From the NCBI GenBank assembly GCA_024239055.1, contig JANBVJ010000003.1:504-64503 (forward strand): a DNA stretch of 64,000 nucleotides, written 5' to 3'. The translations under genes were made by a program, and so were the position numbers. Shown piece by piece: positions 61,201 through 64,000 of the stretch. How positions within the stretch are numbered: position 1 is the stretch's first letter; every line of letters starts with the position of its first letter. The notes under the pieces were generated by a model. That model saw only the letters and a list, made by a program, of their open reading frames with translations. It ran no database searches and was not told where the DNA came from. Source of the stretch: Patescibacteria group bacterium (GTDB lineage: Bacteria; Patescibacteriota; Minisyncoccia; Minisyncoccales; UBA10102).

Positions 61201-62010
61201 GGTAGAGATAAACCAATTTCAGTTGATGCTTTCTTACCAGAACATCTTACTGACGAAGAGATCATGAAATTAAACTGGAATGAACTTGAACAAATTGCTA
61301 CACGTTACAGAATTCCAAAGATACTTGAAATTTTAAGCAAGAGTGAAGGCAAGACAGTTATCTATACAGACTATGTAACTGGAATTGTAAGTCAATTAAG
61401 AAAAGCATGTATTGATGCTGGTTATCGAGTAGGGGAATTTACAGGTGATGACAAATCAGGAATGATTGAAAAGACTGGATTTCAAGACCAAGAAGGCAAT
61501 AACGAAGTTGTAAACAAATTTGTTCATGGAGACATTGACGTTTTAATTGCATCAAGACCATTCCAACTTGGAATTGACGAGGTTCAGTTTGCTTGTCCAA
61601 ATTTAATTTTTAATGGTTTGGTATGGACTTATGCAGAGTTTGAACAAATTATTGGAAGAGTTTCAAGAGAAGGTTCACACTTTGATCAAGTAAATATCCA
61701 TGTAATTATGGCAAACATCAACGGTTATGAATATGACAGAAACATAAAGTACAATAGAATTCTAAAGAAAAGAGCAATAGGTGACTGTGTAAGATACGGT
61801 ACACTACCAGATGAACTTGATATTCCAGATACAAAAGGAGAAAGACTTAGAGCATTAAAGGCAATGATTTCAAACAAAGAATCAGGATTTCCAGAAAAAG
61901 AACTCATTGAACAACGTCATCAACTTGAGGCAGATCAAGAGATTGAAGTAAAAATTGATGAATTGAATGAAAAGTTCTCAGAGATTGAAGGAGAGAAGAA
62001 ACTTGGTTAA
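58288..62010 (+). CDS. SNF2-like superfamily-2 helicase with N-terminal zinc ribbons
   Basis: 1240 aa. SGTGQKKTGAS (I), LVVVPNNIVPQW (Ia), MVIFDEGQLVK (II), ILSATPVINNIREGKSLLELL (III), QIIGRVSREG (VI). N-terminal CxxC pairs. Confidence 0.8.
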   Translation: MGCACQDCWRAKKLSKKNDKNEIKVNVSNDSLRNATTKLRAGQGNNFGQGISDRRNDKVSVNRGMKGTKKFRISKGEFIEDGFGVCDGCNKKFESLVRVEGNKNDTVCFDCFGSRFGAFELTDLMKKLSPDTLKRWQDPIMQVHDFVDFDELSVPQLIEERERIKLELDKDSSRLYDKISKEELDKLKHIDQKKKQQYLDHDSTIGQVYTDTHGHLQHLMRERPYSIAIDNAQEEFNEYLDTITDENGYLDRDDALAYAKKTLNAIDRSDFGVGEAEGLDQFTDKIEQTIFNDKGTRKRFCPRCEKNELKYPLPLNAKSRYDKDTWVCSECGNDEALEGYDKALKMNKKTFQIFLDDVLPKDIPHENIDLITDWLMVQYLSKKPDPTFMKYFKECGGNLDQFNKLTEELQKGDEEYVNAFRKAIFNENIKALTAVGIEPISDGNVVYEKIVDERHIPKSGIKQYDSRIKKEKKLDPKYISFEEARVWALDQKCHSRQDWINITKTDDFPENIPIHPETKYSEFQELGGFPNFCGYTQKVRRASLTKERVKEILKEFERRWEFYAEYSTGMVTNWFDTQGLFSVKDPYVQTLLTKLTSWQLDPDSIEALRYWCRTGDFEKKIGKYSLQSKTEETTIDYLDRQPTQVSEMSITGLLEDSVTIGVERIMINARMVVPDETDKAWYDQQVVFCVRNIMLRFCDPDREEVEYKSLKAEPMNGNKFHDEILKTALKEYEYVKNINYDKQFYTFPHPPTFLQKYHAYKTREKNSFFNMSGTGQKKTGASVIGAIANKCTHILVVVPNNIVPQWVTNIRRFYSNAFVFSGKDLHNNYFINSGKHIPKFHVINYDKFGRSDLAKRFIDQIGSNKIDMVIFDEGQLVKTRDGDPNFYSNRRKNIETLVDHLRNVNRKLKVNILSATPVINNIREGKSLLELLTGTKYGFSTRNTLRNANKLHTEFIPFSVVYSKRPDLKEVGRDKPISVDAFLPEHLTDEEIMKLNWNELEQIATRYRIPKILEILSKSEGKTVIYTDYVTGIVSQLRKACIDAGYRVGEFTGDDKSGMIEKTGFQDQEGNNEVVNKFVHGDIDVLIASRPFQLGIDEVQFACPNLIFNGLVWTYAEFEQIIGRVSREGSHFDQVNIHVIMANINGYEYDRNIKYNRILKKRAIGDCVRYGTLPDELDIPDTKGERLRALKAMISNKESGFPEKELIEQRHQLEADQEIEVKIDELNEKFSEIEGEKKLG

Positions 62011-62032
62011 CAAATCTTATTACAAGAAAAAA

Positions 62033-62236
62033 ATGTTGAAACTTAAAAAGATTGAAAGGGATCTAAACTCTGCTAAGAGAAAGATCTTAGGAAATGGAAA
62101 TTTCTCAAACGGAACAAAACTAAAAGCATTGGATGCCACAATAGGATATTTGGTTAGAAACGGAAAAGATTCTGGTATTCAAATGGATGTTCTAATTGAC
62201 ATTGCTAATGAATATCAAAAGAAGGTGAACACTTGA
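62033..62236 (+). CDS. hypothetical protein
   Basis: Start set at ATG 62033, in frame with track ORF 61967, which would overlap the helicase. Confidence 0.45.
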   Translation: MLKLKKIERDLNSAKRKILGNGNFSNGTKLKALDATIGYLVRNGKDSGIQMDVLIDIANEYQKKVNT

Positions 62237-63105
62237 TGCAAACAGAAGAACTAACAATGCACATGATAATAACAGGCGATGCAATTCAAACATTTGCTAG
62301 AAATGCATTACATAGAGGAAAACTTACAGAAATTGGTGTAAAGTATTCACCATCAAAAAGACTTGGTAAAGCAAGATATGTTCTCAATTCATTGAAACCA
62401 AAATTAACAGAGGAACAACAAGATAAAATTCTGTCTGGTGATGCATATCTAAAAGGAGAATCAATTTGTGATAAACCAGAATGTGATCAATGCAAAGGAA
62501 AAGAACCGATAACTTTTGTTGATGAAGAAGATTTCAATTTCAAACTTGAATTAAAAGACATTGAAATTGAAAAGAAAGACGATGAAATCAAAGAAATTCA
62601 AGATGAGTTCTATATTGATGAAGATTGGAAAGAACGAAAACAAAAACGTGAAGAACAAATCAAAGAAGAAAGAAAGGAAAAAAAGATATTCAAAGATGCA
62701 ACTACATCAAAAGCATCAGGCAAAATAAAAATTGGAAACTATATGGTTTCTAAGAAACTTATCGAAGAATACGTAAAATTAATCGAATGGCAAAAACATG
62801 CATCTGTAATATCATTCAGTAGAACTGATCCTGCTATTAGTGCAAATGCACTTGCATTAAGAATTACAAAACATAAAGAACTCTTCAAAGATGCAGGGCT
62901 TTCATATCATGGTGATGACGAACTAAGAAAACGTGACTTTACAGATCCAGAATACACAAAATCAAGAGAGTTCTATGACGAAATTGAAAAATATATTGAG
63001 AAAAACCATCCAAAGTTATCTCAAGAAAACAGAGCAAAGAGATCAGGAGAAACATCTGATATGATTAGGATGATGAGGAGTCTTGAAGGTGAAAAAAGTG
63101 AGTAA
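62233..63105 (+). CDS. hypothetical protein (K/E-rich middle)
   Basis: 290 aa; TTGA overlap. Confidence 0.6.
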   Translation: MMQTEELTMHMIITGDAIQTFARNALHRGKLTEIGVKYSPSKRLGKARYVLNSLKPKLTEEQQDKILSGDAYLKGESICDKPECDQCKGKEPITFVDEEDFNFKLELKDIEIEKKDDEIKEIQDEFYIDEDWKERKQKREEQIKEERKEKKIFKDATTSKASGKIKIGNYMVSKKLIEEYVKLIEWQKHASVISFSRTDPAISANALALRITKHKELFKDAGLSYHGDDELRKRDFTDPEYTKSREFYDEIEKYIEKNHPKLSQENRAKRSGETSDMIRMMRSLEGEKSE

Positions 63106-63241
63106 AAAATTGTTAGAAGAGAGAACTAAGCAGTTAGATGAACAGATGAAAAATTGCAATCATCCTCCTAAACAAAGGATGAATTTATCATCAGGAAAAA
63201 ACAATCAAGTCTGTGGACTTTGTGGAATGGTATTTCACTGA
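63098..63241 (+). CDS. small zinc-binding protein (47 aa)
   Basis: GTG start; MSKKLLEERTKQLDEQMKNCNHPP...VCGLCGMVFH*. Confidence 0.35.
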   Translation: MSKKLLEERTKQLDEQMKNCNHPPKQRMNLSSGKNNQVCGLCGMVFH

Positions 63242-63597
63242 TGCCAAACTTTATGGATGAAGATCTTGATTCAACAAAAGATCTTGCAAAGATTTACGAA
63301 AATACTCACAGCATAGAGGAAACCTTACTAGAATATGTTGAAGATGAACTGTTAAATCCAGAAAAACCTAACCTAGATCAGTTTGAAACAGCAGTTGAAA
63401 GCATAAAGAAATTTGCAATAGGTTGTTTTGATAATCATCCCAAGTGTAAAAGATCTAAAAATGATATTGAAATGGCAGTTATTATTTGGGTTTCAGAAGA
63501 GAAACAAAATAATCTAACCAAGAGTGATTTGTTAAAGAGGCTAGACATTCTTGGTGACTTTGTGATTGAAGAGGCAAAGAAGAGGTTGAGACAATGA
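63241..63597 (+). CDS. hypothetical protein
   Basis: Start set at ATG 63241 (TGATG overlap), in frame with track ORF 63220. Confidence 0.5.
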   Translation: MPNFMDEDLDSTKDLAKIYENTHSIEETLLEYVEDELLNPEKPNLDQFETAVESIKKFAIGCFDNHPKCKRSKNDIEMAVIIWVSEEKQNNLTKSDLLKRLDILGDFVIEEAKKRLRQ

Positions 63598-63995
63598 AAG
63601 ATGCAATTCTAAATGCACATTCTTACGACAAGGTTGAAACTAAAAATCTAAGAATACCAATGATAAATACAAATATTATAGATCCACCAAAACCCACAAA
63701 CGCAACAAAATTACTAATAATAGTTCAAGCAAAAAAGGGAAAGCCAAGTGACAATCTAATAAGAGGAACAAATGATTTTATCAAAACAAAAAGACCTATC
63801 TATGTTCTACAATTTAATGACGACTTTGTAAAATATTTTAATGATTTTAAACCAAGAAGATTAGATTACTTTGAACCAAACGAAGTGACTGAACCAAACG
63901 GTGAAATATCCTATAAACCTGATCAATATTTTCTTGAATCATACTTTAAAACTGTAAATGATGATTGCTTAAAATTTTACATGGAAAAAAAATGA
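63594..63995 (+). CDS. hypothetical protein
   Basis: 133 aa; ATGA overlap. Another ATGA-coupled gene starts at 63992 and runs off the window. Confidence 0.55.
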   Translation: MKDAILNAHSYDKVETKNLRIPMINTNIIDPPKPTNATKLLIIVQAKKGKPSDNLIRGTNDFIKTKRPIYVLQFNDDFVKYFNDFKPRRLDYFEPNEVTEPNGEISYKPDQYFLESYFKTVNDDCLKFYMEKK

Positions 63996-64000
63996 GTAAG

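Larger units (their letters stand above)
1..64000 (+). mobile_element. Virus-like / provirus-like element with archaeal-style signals, spanning the whole window (no boundary seen)
   Basis: ~130 short + strand ORFs with overlapping stop/start codons; many tiny zinc-ribbon proteins; MTase, HNH, ParB-like, SNF2, HerA-like genes; TATA-like boxes ~28 nt before first-gene ATGs; no housekeeping, rRNA or tRNA genes recognised. Confidence 0.55.

Noticed and set aside
1-64000. tRNA, rRNA, integrase and att sites
   Set aside because: I scanned for T-loop-like GGTTCGAATCC strings, cloverleaf-sized GC-rich islands and R..HxxR..Y recombinase patterns, and found none. The few GGTTCGA hits (about 5114 and 28576) are inside coding frames.

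Overview
AT-rich, very gene-dense window. It holds roughly 130 short ORFs, almost all on the + strand and mostly joined by 1-8 nt stop/start overlaps. It reads as a virus-like or provirus-like element with archaeal-style expression signals: TATA-like boxes about 28 nt upstream of first-gene ATGs (leaderless style) and GGAGG-like SD sites before internal genes. I found no rRNA, tRNA, CRISPR array, integrase, DNA polymerase or recognisable capsid or terminase fold. Host lineage cannot be proven from sequence alone. Rough modules: (I) 0-10.7 kb, DNA-metabolism genes (SLOG/DprA-like, P-loop ATPase, ParB-like, MT-A70 methyltransferase, HNH) around an iteron- and GATC-rich origin-like region at 6.9-7.46 kb. 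(II) A 1.1 kb structured noncoding hub at 10.7-11.85 kb. (III) 11.85-26.7 kb, putative structural and membrane-protein genes. (IV) 27.0-32.4 kb, the main array of a new gene family. (V) 32.5-36.6 kb, accessory genes (DUF262, HNH, SprT-like, MscS-like, SWIB-like fragment). (VI) 37-64 kb, several operons of tiny zinc-ribbon proteins plus a SWIM protein, a GHKL/Hsp90-like ATPase, a HerA/FtsK-like ATPase and a 1240 aa SNF2-like helicase. Each of these operons is headed by a copy of a modular promoter/operator cassette. The main finding is a 15-member family whose members share only a ~30-35 aa N-terminal leader (M-[AV]-K-G-F-K-D-x-K-G-x-F-[RH]-P-T-G-N, then a basic linker and a second short block). 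The leader is fused to unrelated C-terminal domains, including ParB-like, papain/transglutaminase-like, RHH-like and coiled-coil regions. This suggests an addressing or processing signal for a set of packaged, delivered or exported effectors. Other findings include a hidden minus-strand 40 aa protamine-like peptide, a SWIM-domain ORF with no canonical start codon, recurrent palindromic operators, phased A-tracts and pervasive TTGA stop/start coupling in the right half. Functional calls rest on short motifs read by eye and need HMM or structure confirmation.
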